A stretch of DNA of 64,000 nt from an uncultured delta proteobacterium. GTDB lineage: Bacteria > Myxococcota_A > Polyangia > Polyangiales > B10-G4. The stretch covers positions 256,001-320,000 of the forward strand of contig CAVSGI010000008.1 in the NCBI GenBank assembly GCA_963727445.1. Reading direction: 5' to 3'. Positions 27,834-36,780 of the stretch are shown here, in pieces. The notes beneath the pieces are model-generated. The model was not told the DNA's origin. It made no database searches and saw only the letters and a list, made by a program, of their open reading frames with translations. The position numbers and the translations under genes are program-made. Position 1 is the first letter of the stretch. The number at the start of each line of letters is the position of its first letter.

Positions 27834-29060
27834 GTGCGAAGCCTGATCCCGGCCACCGCCCTGCTCCTCCTGTTCGGATGCACGGAGGACGACGAGACCG
27901 GAAGCGAGAGCGTCCCCGCCGCGGAAACGGCGGAGACGGATTCCAACCCGGCGCCCGAGATCGCGCTCCCGGAGGACGAGCTCGCCGCCCTCGCCGCGCT
28001 CGGATACGTGGACCATGCGCCCGCCGAAAACCCCGAGGAGCGCGGCGTGACGACCCACGAGCTCGACGACGCGCGCGGGCTGAACCTCTACGGCTCGCGC
28101 GACCGCGCCGAAGCACTCCTGGTCGATCTCGAAGGGGAGGTGGTCCATCGCTGGGCGTCCGAACGCGACGAGGCCTGGATGCACATCGAGCCCCTCGGCG
28201 AAGGCGAGCTCCTCGCCATCACCAAGGACGTGGCGATCGCGAAGTACGACTGGGACTCGCAGGAGATTCGGCGCACCCGCCTGCCCGTGCACCACGACTT
28301 CGCCGTCCTCGAGGACGGCCGGATCCTCGCACTGATCCGCGGGCGCAGCTCCGTGACCCACGACGGAGCCACCCTCGAGGTCCTCTGCGACAGCATCGCC
28401 GTGCTCAGCCCCGACGGCGAGGTGCTGGAACGCCACCCTCTTCTGCCACTGCTGCGCAACCACTTCTCCTCGAACCGCCTCGACACCTTGAAGCGACGCG
28501 CGGACGAGGGAGGATTGAACGCCGATCTCCTGAGGGCGGGGGGCGTCGGCGACATGCTGCACACCAATTCGATAGCGGTCCTCGAGAAGGACATCGAGGG
28601 CGTCGCGCCCGCCGGCTCGATTCTGCTGTCGTTCCGAACGCTGAGCCGCCTCGCCATCCTCTCCGAGAGCATGGACGAGGTGCTCTGGATGTGGGGGCGG
28701 GGGGAGCTCGACGGCCAGCACGACGCCACACAGCTCGCGAACGGCCACCTGATGGCTTTCGACAACGGGCTCAAGCGCGCCGAGAAGAGCCGCGTGGTCG
28801 AGATCGACCCCGTCGCGGAAGAGGTGGTCTGGACCTTCGACCCCCCGGACCTCTACACGCGCCTGCGCGGCGGGGCTCAGAAGCTGTCGAACGGACACGT
28901 GCTGATCACCGAGTCCGACGCGGGCCACGCTCTCGAGGTGACGCCAGAGGGCGAGGTGGTCTGGGAGTTCTGGAATCCCGACGTGCGAGGCAGTCAACGC
29001 GCGACCATCTACCGCTTGAATCGATATCGGCGCTCACTCTTCCCGCAGCTGAGTCCCTGA
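27834..29060 (+). CDS. Arylsulfotransferase (ASST)-family lipoprotein
   Basis: Lipobox LLFGC; VHHDF, LHTNSI, GQHDA, FDNG and AQKLSNGHVLITES. Confidence 0.82.
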   Translation: MRSLIPATALLLLFGCTEDDETGSESVPAAETAETDSNPAPEIALPEDELAALAALGYVDHAPAENPEERGVTTHELDDARGLNLYGSRDRAEALLVDLEGEVVHRWASERDEAWMHIEPLGEGELLAITKDVAIAKYDWDSQEIRRTRLPVHHDFAVLEDGRILALIRGRSSVTHDGATLEVLCDSIAVLSPDGEVLERHPLLPLLRNHFSSNRLDTLKRRADEGGLNADLLRAGGVGDMLHTNSIAVLEKDIEGVAPAGSILLSFRTLSRLAILSESMDEVLWMWGRGELDGQHDATQLANGHLMAFDNGLKRAEKSRVVEIDPVAEEVVWTFDPPDLYTRLRGGAQKLSNGHVLITESDAGHALEVTPEGEVVWEFWNPDVRGSQRATIYRLNRYRRSLFPQLSP

Positions 29061-29113
29061 CGCACCAGGTTTGTCGTTGCGACGATGGCGAGCCGTGTCA
29101 CACCCCCCTTCCG

Positions 29114-30130
29114 ATGCAGTACTGGTGGGAAGGACTACCGCGTCAGGAGCTCCTCGACGTCCCGTTTCGGGAGCTCGAGCTCGAGATCGAAGGCACCTGG
29201 CTGAGCGTCTGCATCAAGCGTCTCCGCGAAGAGCTGAAGGCCGCCGGCTACCGGCGCTTTCGCCCGCATTTCTACCTCGCTGACGAATGGTGCTGCGCCG
29301 ACGGCAACACCGGCGTGGGCGTGCCCTTCTACCTCGCGCATCCACGGCTGATGCGCCTCGAAGAGGCCATGATGCTCGAGGTCGAGGGAAACACGCGCCG
29401 GGAGTGCATGCGCCTTCTGCGCCACGAGACGGGCCACGCCCTGCAGCACGCCTACCATCTCGAGCGAAAGCGGCGCTGGCAGAAGCGCTTCGGCAAGGCC
29501 TCCGAGCCCTACCCCGAGTTCTACCGCCCGAACCCCATGAGCAAGTCCTACGTGCAGCACCTGGACGGCTGGTACGCGCAGAGCCATCCGGTGGAGGACT
29601 TCGCGGAGACCTTCGCGGTGTGGCTGAGGCCTCGCTCGCGGTGGCGTTCGGACTACCGGGGTTGGCCGGCGCTCGCCAAGCTCGAGTACGTGGACGAGCT
29701 CGCCGAGGAGCTCGGCGACGCGCCCATGCGCGTGCGCTCGCGCGGCAAGCCCTACGCGGCTTCGCAGCTACGCCACACGCTGCGCGACCACTACGAGCAG
29801 CGCCAGAGCCATTACTCCCCGGGCTACAGCGACGAGTACGACCGCGACCTCACGAAGATCTTCAGCGACTCCTCGCGCTATCGCCGCAACGAGACCGCCG
29901 CCTCCTTCATCCGCCGGCACAGAAAGGCGCTGCGCGAGCAGGTAGCGGAGTTCACCGGTGAGTACGTGTTCACGGTGGACCAGGTGCTGAACGAGATCAT
30001 CGGCCGCTGCCGCGAGCTGGGGCTCCGCCTGGACAAGAGCGAGCGCCGCACCCGCCTGCAGCTCGCCATCATGTTGAGCATCCACACCGTCCACATGCTC
30101 CATCAGCGGACGGAGTGGCATCCGCTCTGA
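29114..30130 (+). CDS. Putative zinc-binding metallopeptidase (Peptidase_Mx-like)
   Basis: LLRHETGH, WYAQSHPVEDFAETFAVW and KLEYVDEL. Confidence 0.85.
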   Translation: MQYWWEGLPRQELLDVPFRELELEIEGTWLSVCIKRLREELKAAGYRRFRPHFYLADEWCCADGNTGVGVPFYLAHPRLMRLEEAMMLEVEGNTRRECMRLLRHETGHALQHAYHLERKRRWQKRFGKASEPYPEFYRPNPMSKSYVQHLDGWYAQSHPVEDFAETFAVWLRPRSRWRSDYRGWPALAKLEYVDELAEELGDAPMRVRSRGKPYAASQLRHTLRDHYEQRQSHYSPGYSDEYDRDLTKIFSDSSRYRRNETAASFIRRHRKALREQVAEFTGEYVFTVDQVLNEIIGRCRELGLRLDKSERRTRLQLAIMLSIHTVHMLHQRTEWHPL

Positions 30131-30151
30131 ATCCGGCGGCGGCAGCCGCCC

Positions 30152-30997
30152 TCAATCGCAGATCGCGGCGACGCCCGACACGCCGGAGGGGTGGCGGGTG
30201 AAGAGCGCCGGGTCGTGGCCGGGGATCACCTGCTCGGCGCCCACGCGCTGAACCGCCGCCGCCACGTCGGCCACGTTCGCCCGACGGTCGACGGTCACCG
30301 TGACCGGCTTTCTCTCCTCGATGTTCTGCCGCAGATAAGCCGCATCGGAAGCGAGGATCCAGGTGCGGCTCCCGCATCCGACCTCCACCATCACCTGATG
30401 CGCCGTGTGATGGCCCGCTTCGCGGACCACCAGCCCCGGCCACAGCTCGGCGCGCCGCCCTTCGAAAGTGGCGAGGCGTCCGGCGTCCTGTACCGGTCGC
30501 CTCAGCCGCGCGGGGACGCGCGCCCACTCGCCGGCGTGCACGTGAACCGTAGCGCCACCGAAGAGCGACAGCGCCCCCACGTGATCCCAGTGATGGTGCG
30601 TCAGCACGATGTCCGTCACGTCCGCGGGCGACAGGCCGGTGCGGGCGAGCGCACGCGTGACGTCCGTGGCGTGCGCGATCGACCATCGCTCCCGCAGCGC
30701 CTCCTGACCGCGTCGCGAGAAGGCATCGGTGCCAACGTCGATCAAGGTCACGTGTCCGCGGCCCACCAGCACGAAGAAGTACCAGCTCATGTCGACCGTC
30801 GTGGCGCCACCGCCGCGCACGAGCCGGCTGGTGGCGACTCCCTCCGAACGCGCGTACTCGACGGCGTAGAGTCGCTGCGCCTCGTCATGGGAGGCGGCGC
30901 GGAGATCGAGCTCCGCGCCCGCCTGCGTCTGCGCGAGCCCCGGGAGTCCGAGCCCCGCCATCAGGCACATCAGCGCGAGGCCACAGGTCCGTTTCAC
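30152..30997 (-). CDS. Secreted metallo-beta-lactamase-fold hydrolase (AHL-lactonase-like)
   Basis: LIDVGT, THHHWDH, LASDA and IPGHD; signal peptide. Confidence 0.85.
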   Translation of the reverse strand: MKRTCGLALMCLMAGLGLPGLAQTQAGAELDLRAASHDEAQRLYAVEYARSEGVATSRLVRGGGATTVDMSWYFFVLVGRGHVTLIDVGTDAFSRRGQEALRERWSIAHATDVTRALARTGLSPADVTDIVLTHHHWDHVGALSLFGGATVHVHAGEWARVPARLRRPVQDAGRLATFEGRRAELWPGLVVREAGHHTAHQVMVEVGCGSRTWILASDAAYLRQNIEERKPVTVTVDRRANVADVAAAVQRVGAEQVIPGHDPALFTRHPSGVSGVAAICD

Positions 30998-31115
30998 CCT
31001 CTGAGGATAGGGCCGGGGCTCCCGGCGATCGTCCCTGGGGGGCGAATTGATCGAAAAAAATAGGCCAAATGCCCCCCTTTGAGCCGATTTCGTCGAATTT
31101 TGTTGGCCAAGAGGC

Positions 31116-31130
31116 TTTTGACGGTCAAAA
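31116..31130. promoter_or_regulatory. Perfect palindrome TTTTGAC-G-GTCAAAA upstream of the HU-like gene
   Basis: 15-bp dyad in an AT-rich intergenic region between divergent genes; contains TTGAC on both strands. Confidence 0.45.
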
Positions 31131-31187
31131 AACGCGCTGCTGGAAGCGCCGTGGCGCCTCCGAAACCACGTCTCAAGGAGAGTCTGC

Positions 31188-31526
31188 ATGTCCAAGAAGC
31201 TGACCGCCGTGAAGGAGCCCATGAACCGCACGGCTCTGTACAACGAAATTGCCGAGAACACCGGCCTCACCAAGAAGCAGGTGGCCTCGGTCGTCAACGA
31301 GCTCGCCGATCAGATCGAGCGTCACATCAAGAAGCGCGGCGCGGGGGTCTTCACCCTCCCGGGTCTCCTCAAGATCAAGACGGTGAAGAAGCCGGCCCGT
31401 CCGGCGCGCAAGGGAGTGCCCAACCCATTCAAGCCCGGTGAGCTCATGGACGTCGCGGCCAAGCCGGCCTCGGTCCGCGTGAAGATCACCCCGCTCAAGA
31501 GGGTGAAGGACATGGCGCTCAGCTGA
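31188..31526 (+). CDS. HU/IHF-family DNA-binding protein (HU-like)
   Basis: IAENTGLTKKQV, FTLPGLLKI, ARKGVPNPFKPGE and KPASVRVK; AAGGAG SD. Confidence 0.93.
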   Translation: MSKKLTAVKEPMNRTALYNEIAENTGLTKKQVASVVNELADQIERHIKKRGAGVFTLPGLLKIKTVKKPARPARKGVPNPFKPGELMDVAAKPASVRVKITPLKRVKDMALS

Positions 31527-31552
31527 GCACCATCGTCATTCGGAAGTATCGT

Positions 31553-31584
31553 GGACGCCCCCTTCGAGGGGGCGTTTCTCGTTT
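31553..31584 (+). terminator. Probable intrinsic terminator after the HU-like gene
   Basis: Stem GGACGCCCCCT-TCG-AGGGGGCGTTT followed by CTCGTTT. Confidence 0.7.
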
Positions 31585-32482
31585 AAGGCGCGCTGGCCGC
31601 CGGATAGCAAGCGTCACCTTCGGGCACGCAGGTCGGCGGCACCCAGGCGCACTCGAAGTCCCCGTAGTGATCCTGGTAGCGGCTCTCGAAGTCGCTGCAG
31701 GTGGGGTTGCTCCGATGGATGCAGTCGAAGTCCTGGTCGACCTCGATGGCGCGCGGGTCGGGAGCGATCTCGACGGCACCCCGGACGATGGTGGTCTCGC
31801 TCCCCGCGCGGAAGAAATGCGCCTGCGCGGTGGGCGGCCGTGAGTCGGCGGTCTCGATCAGAAGGATGCAGTCGAGCCCCGTCTCGGTCTCGTTGCTCGC
31901 GTCGAATGGGTCGTGCGGGCCCGCGATGTCGCCGCTCGGCGCCCAGTGGCCATCGCCGCCATCGGTGATGTCGAGGGTCCCGTCGTTGGTGGCCACCATG
32001 TGCTCCCAGAGGTAGGGATCCATCGAGGCGAAGATGCGGTTGTTCTCGATGCCGCCGCAGGAGGTCCCGTCGACGCCCCCGCCGAGAACGGCGTAGAGCC
32101 GCTCGAGGTGCGACAGGACGCTGCGCCCATCGGGCGTCTTCGAGAGGAAGAGGCGATGGGAGATCGTGTCGAAGACCGCCCGCGCGCTCGCGGAGAGGGC
32201 GCTCCAGTCGGTGCAGGCATCGTCGGAGAGCGTCGAGAAGAGGCGGGCGCGCTGCGCCGCGAGGGTGTCCTCGATCCCGCCAGCGTCGGAGGCGGAGCCG
32301 TCCGCGACCGCGGCGTCGGTGGCGCCATCGCCGGCCGCGCCGTCACCCGGTGGACGCGCGCTATCCGGCGGCGCCCCGTCGGCGTCCGCCGGGGCCGCTC
32401 CGTCGACGGAGCCGTCCGGCGCGTCAGCGGAGGATCCACAGCCGAGGATCAGTACGAGTGTCAGCGAGAGGCACCAGGGCAC
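31583..32482 (-). CDS. Hypothetical lipoprotein with Asp/Ala/Gly tether and uncharacterised Cys/His-containing domain
   Basis: Lipobox LILGC; low-complexity linker; globular C-terminal domain with paired Cys. Confidence 0.7.
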   Translation of the reverse strand: MPWCLSLTLVLILGCGSSADAPDGSVDGAAPADADGAPPDSARPPGDGAAGDGATDAAVADGSASDAGGIEDTLAAQRARLFSTLSDDACTDWSALSASARAVFDTISHRLFLSKTPDGRSVLSHLERLYAVLGGGVDGTSCGGIENNRIFASMDPYLWEHMVATNDGTLDITDGGDGHWAPSGDIAGPHDPFDASNETETGLDCILLIETADSRPPTAQAHFFRAGSETTIVRGAVEIAPDPRAIEVDQDFDCIHRSNPTCSDFESRYQDHYGDFECAWVPPTCVPEGDACYPAASAP

Positions 32483-32576
32483 ACCCCTGATTACCGCTCC
32501 TCGGGGTCGCAGTCGATGGGCGACGGGCCCATCTCGACGCGCTTGACCGCGGGCAGTCCTGATAGAGTTCGGCGCC

Positions 32577-33671
32577 GTGACCTCGGACGTTGGGCGAAGC
32601 GTCGGCGGATACGCGCTGATCCGGTCCCTCGGACGCGGGGGGATGGGGACGGTGTACCTCGCAGAGGACGAGGCCAAGCGCCGCGCGGTGGTGAAGCTCC
32701 TCCTCGAAGAGCTGGTCGATCAGGACGCCACGCGCGCGATGTTCGCCCACGAGGCCCGGCTCGGTGCCCAGCTCGAGCATCCGAACATCGCGCGGATCAT
32801 CGACGTCGGGCTCGATGACGGCGTGCCGTACATCGTGATGGAATACATCGAGGGCCCTTCCCTGGCGCAGGCGCAGGCGGCCATCGGGAGCCCGACTCCC
32901 GCGGTGGCCCTCCGCGTCGTCTCGGAGGTCGCGGCCGCCCTGGCCTACGCGCACGATGCCCGCGGCCACGACGGCAAGCCGATGGGCATCGTCCATCGCG
33001 ACGTCTCACCGCACAACATCCTCTTGTCGACGGACGGGGACGTGAAGCTGATCGATTTCGGCGTGGCCCGCTCGGTGCAGCAGCGACACCGCACCATGAC
33101 CGGCGTGCTGAAGGGCAAGCTGACCTACATGGCGCCCGAGCAGTTCAAGGGCGAGGTGGACCGCCGAAGCGATCTCTTCACGCTGGGCGTGGTGCTCTAC
33201 GAGCTCCTCGCGGGCGAGAAGCTCTTTCAGGGGCGGAACGAGATCGAGGTGATGACGCAGATCATGTTCGACGAGCCCCCGGCGCTCCATCTGCCCCCGA
33301 CCCTGGCGCGCGCCATCGAGCCCATCGTGCGGCGCGCGCTCAGCCGCAACCCGGACGAGCGGCAGCAGAACGCCGACCAGCTACGCTACGAGCTCGAGCA
33401 CGCGGCGGGGATCCTGGGCCTCGAGAGCAGTCGTCGCGACGTGGCGGAGCTGGTGGCCCAGGTCGCGAAGGAGCGGGCCGACCAGGGCAGCGCCACCGCC
33501 GAAGCCCCCGAGTGGACCATGGGCGCCTTGGACGGCGCCGATACCCGGCCCTTCGTCGCCGAAGACGACGAGAAGACCGCCATCGACACCCGTGTCCCCG
33601 AAGACGCCACCACCATCCGCCGCGCGAACCCACCGCTCCGCCCGAAGGACCGCGACTTCGACGACGACTGA
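32577..33671 (+). CDS. Cytoplasmic Ser/Thr protein kinase
   Basis: LGRGGMGTV, VHRDVSPHN, DFG and GKLTYMAPE. Confidence 0.93.
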   Translation: MTSDVGRSVGGYALIRSLGRGGMGTVYLAEDEAKRRAVVKLLLEELVDQDATRAMFAHEARLGAQLEHPNIARIIDVGLDDGVPYIVMEYIEGPSLAQAQAAIGSPTPAVALRVVSEVAAALAYAHDARGHDGKPMGIVHRDVSPHNILLSTDGDVKLIDFGVARSVQQRHRTMTGVLKGKLTYMAPEQFKGEVDRRSDLFTLGVVLYELLAGEKLFQGRNEIEVMTQIMFDEPPALHLPPTLARAIEPIVRRALSRNPDERQQNADQLRYELEHAAGILGLESSRRDVAELVAQVAKERADQGSATAEAPEWTMGALDGADTRPFVAEDDEKTAIDTRVPEDATTIRRANPPLRPKDRDFDDD

Positions 33672-33680
33672 AGGCGCGCC

Positions 33681-35117
33681 TCAGAGACTGAGGGGGACGC
33701 GTGCGCTGACCAGACCCCCGCCCTGTAGGGGCACGAGGTCGACGCGCGCCGAGGCGGCCGCATCGATGCTCTCGTCGTCGGGCGCGGTGAGCCAGAGGAC
33801 CAGCCCGGTGAGCAGGCTGGCGGCGCCCGTCAGCGAGATGGCCCAGCCGACGATCTCGAAGGTGGCCTCACGGTCGCGCTCGGCGTTGAGCTCCCTCAGC
33901 CGCTCCTCGACGTCTGGACAGGACCCGGCCGCCATGCACCCCATGGCATGGAAGGTCGCGTTTTCCGCGTTGATGGCGGTGTTGGTCTCCGAGATGGCCG
34001 CGTAGTTCCAGCCCATCACGCTGACGCCGCCTGCCAGGAGCGCGACCCCCCCGATGGTGAGCCCGATCCCAAAGGTGCGCCGGAAGCTCGCCGCATCCTG
34101 GCGCTCCTGACGCGCCGCCGGCTCCCACTCGAGCGCGGGGCGAAGATTCGTGGTCTGACCCGCGTCGATGTCGACGGTGTCCCGGTAGGGCACGCGCTCG
34201 TCGACCTCGAGCTCGATGCGATGACGCCCGATGGGCAGCGTCGTCAGCGCCGAGGCGCCCACCGGCTCGTCGTCGATCCGCGCCACCCAGGTCGCCCCGT
34301 CGGGCAGGGCGAGCGCGAGATGCCCGAGCACGTCGTCTCCCGCGAAGTCGTCGCGCACCATCTCGAGGTGCACATCCGCTTCGGCCCGCCGGTCGATGCG
34401 GATGGTCCGCTCGAAGGTCTGATAGCCCGGCCGTCGCGCGACCAGCCGGTGCTCGCCCACCTCGAGGGTCACCGTCGCGTCGAAGGGCGTCCGGCCGACC
34501 GGCTCTCCATCGACCTCCACCTGCACTTCGGGGATCACGGAGGAGATTCGGAGGATCCCCGGTTGGTTCGCCTCCACCATCTCGATCTCCACGCGCTCGA
34601 TCACCCCGCCGGCCACGCGGAGCCGCCGCCGCACCGACTCGTGGTTCGCCGCCCTCACCTCGAGCTCCACTTCACCGGCGGTCACTTCGATCGGCGTGCG
34701 GAGCGGGCTCGTGGCCACGTCGTCGCCGTCGATGGCGATGGTCGCGCCGTCCATGGAGACGCGAACATCGAGGCGCCCGATGCGCGCGTTCTGCACCTCG
34801 AGGGCCTCCTCCACCTCGTGGCGCCGCGCGGCGGAGATCTCGTGGCCGCCTTCGTCGAGATAGCGCTCGTAGGCGTGCGCGGCTTCCACCGCGTTGCCGA
34901 GGGCGGCGTGCACCTTCGCGATGTTGTAGAGGACCTGATGGGCGGGCGCGATGTCGTAGGCCTGCTGAAACTCCGCGAGCGCCGCGTCGTAGCTGCCCTC
35001 GTTGAAATGCTCGATGCCGCGGAGGAAGTGGCCACGCGCGTCCGGCCCCTGCGCCGCGGTGACCGAGGCGAACGAGAGCAGGCAGGTGACGACGATGAGG
35101 GAGGCGGTGGCTCTCAC
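33681..35117 (-). CDS. TPR + PEGA-domain protein
   Basis: Signal peptide; N-terminal TPR; repeats such as 'VEVDGEPVGRTP...GEHRLVARRPGY'; C-terminal hydrophobic segments. Confidence 0.88.
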   Translation of the reverse strand: MRATASLIVVTCLLSFASVTAAQGPDARGHFLRGIEHFNEGSYDAALAEFQQAYDIAPAHQVLYNIAKVHAALGNAVEAAHAYERYLDEGGHEISAARRHEVEEALEVQNARIGRLDVRVSMDGATIAIDGDDVATSPLRTPIEVTAGEVELEVRAANHESVRRRLRVAGGVIERVEIEMVEANQPGILRISSVIPEVQVEVDGEPVGRTPFDATVTLEVGEHRLVARRPGYQTFERTIRIDRRAEADVHLEMVRDDFAGDDVLGHLALALPDGATWVARIDDEPVGASALTTLPIGRHRIELEVDERVPYRDTVDIDAGQTTNLRPALEWEPAARQERQDAASFRRTFGIGLTIGGVALLAGGVSVMGWNYAAISETNTAINAENATFHAMGCMAAGSCPDVEERLRELNAERDREATFEIVGWAISLTGAASLLTGLVLWLTAPDDESIDAAASARVDLVPLQGGGLVSARVPLSL

Positions 35118-36727
35118 GGTGCGTAGGGGTCGGTCTCGAGGCCGGCGGCCTCGGCGGGGGTCTGCATGGTACCCATCCCCGGCCCGCGCATCATCGTCGG
35201 ATGTGAGCGCGCGTCGCGGTCGCCGTCGGCCTCCATCGAGGAGTCCGGCTCCGTGTCCGGGGCGGTGACCTCCTGGACCTCGTCGACCTCCGGCTCCTCG
35301 ACCTCCGGCTCCTCGGCCTGGGGGTCGACCTCCACCTCTTCGACGGAAGGTGTCTGCTCGCCCCCACCGGCGGCGGTGACGACCGGCGTGGGGTCACGAT
35401 CGTCCCCGCGGCCGAAGCCGCCCACCCCGACGATTGTGATGGCGACCACGGCGGCGATGATGGCCGCAACCGTGGTGGTCCCGAGCCACGGGGGCACCCG
35501 GCCGCCCGCCGCCCGCTCCTCGCCGTCCGCGTGGTCGATCTCGCCCGAGACGTCCTCGCCCGGCGGGGTGCTCTCGGCGCTGGCCGAGACCTCGGGGAGG
35601 GGAGCCGGCGTGTCGAGGGCCTCGGTCGGCGCGTCACGCGAGATGGGGCGCGAAGAGGGGCTCGCCGCTTCTGCGGCCTCGGTCTGCGCAGCCTCCTGCG
35701 AAGAAGCGCGGACCTGAATCTGCTGGCTGTGTGCGACGCCGATGCTCTCGGCGTCCATGGTCTCGAGAGACTCGCTTTCGGGAGCGACACCCGGGCTGGT
35801 GCGGGGCCGCGGCCGATCGCTCTCGTAATCGGCGGTCGGCCGCCGCGCCTTCCTCTTGACCGGCCCGTCGGCGTAGGGAGCGAGCGCTTCGGAGAGCTCC
35901 CGCGTCGTGGCGAAACGCTTTTGGGGATTGCGATGAAAGGCGCGCTCGACGATCTCCGCAAACTCCGCGTCGATGTCGCGACGCCGGTGGCGGAGAGGCA
36001 GATACTCGCCGGTCCCAATCTTGATGAAGAGCGCGCCGGTGGTCTCGGCGATGAACGGCAGTCGCCCGGTGAGCATCTCGTAGAGGATGACGCCCAGCGC
36101 GTAGACGTCGGCGCGCTCGTCCACGTCCTTGCCGGACGCCTGCTCCGGAGACATGTAATACGGCGTCCCGATGATCGTGCCCTCGGTGGTGAGCCGTGTC
36201 GCGGGTCCGTCCTGGTCCTGCTTCTGGAAGTGCGAGATGCCGAAGTCGATGATCTTCACCGTCTCTTCGCCGTCGGGCCCTTCCTGGATCAGGATGTTCT
36301 CCGGTTTGAGATCGCGGTGGATGATCCCCGCGTCATGGGCCTTGGCCATCCCACGGCAGACCTGGCGGACGATGCGAACCGTGCGCGCGACGTCGAGGGG
36401 CGCCTCGTTCTCGACCAGGTCGAGGAGCGCGCGGCCGGTGAGGAGCTCCATCAGCACGTAGGGGGAGCCGTCTTCGAGCATCCCCGCGTCCACGGTCTCG
36501 ACCACGTGCGGGGTATCGAGGCGACCGGCCACGGACGCTTCACGAAGCAGGCGCTCGACGTGTCGCCGGTTCAACGCTTCTGACTTGTGGAGGATCTTCA
36601 GGGCGCGGCGATGTTTGGTGAGCTTGTGCTCGACCTCGTACACCGCGCCCATGCCTCCGCCAGCGATCTTGCGGATGACCTCGAGCTTTCCTGCGACGAC
36701 GTCGCCTGGTCGGAGCTCCTCGGACAC
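35114..36727 (-). CDS. Membrane Ser/Thr protein kinase
   Basis: GGMGAVY, HRDLKPEN, DFG and GTPYYMSPEQ; TM helix; GTGA overlap with the PEGA gene. Confidence 0.93.
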   Translation of the reverse strand: MSEELRPGDVVAGKLEVIRKIAGGGMGAVYEVEHKLTKHRRALKILHKSEALNRRHVERLLREASVAGRLDTPHVVETVDAGMLEDGSPYVLMELLTGRALLDLVENEAPLDVARTVRIVRQVCRGMAKAHDAGIIHRDLKPENILIQEGPDGEETVKIIDFGISHFQKQDQDGPATRLTTEGTIIGTPYYMSPEQASGKDVDERADVYALGVILYEMLTGRLPFIAETTGALFIKIGTGEYLPLRHRRRDIDAEFAEIVERAFHRNPQKRFATTRELSEALAPYADGPVKRKARRPTADYESDRPRPRTSPGVAPESESLETMDAESIGVAHSQQIQVRASSQEAAQTEAAEAASPSSRPISRDAPTEALDTPAPLPEVSASAESTPPGEDVSGEIDHADGEERAAGGRVPPWLGTTTVAAIIAAVVAITIVGVGGFGRGDDRDPTPVVTAAGGGEQTPSVEEVEVDPQAEEPEVEEPEVDEVQEVTAPDTEPDSSMEADGDRDARSHPTMMRGPGMGTMQTPAEAAGLETDPYAP

Positions 36728-36780
36728 GGCGACAATTGCTAGATCAGCCCCGGAGCGAGGGCACCTTCGCCGCCGACGCC

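Noticed and set aside
26788..30997. Antibiotic-resistance genes (class A-like and MBL-fold proteins)
   Set aside because: Only fold-level motifs are visible; both superfamilies are mostly non-resistance enzymes and there is no mobile context.
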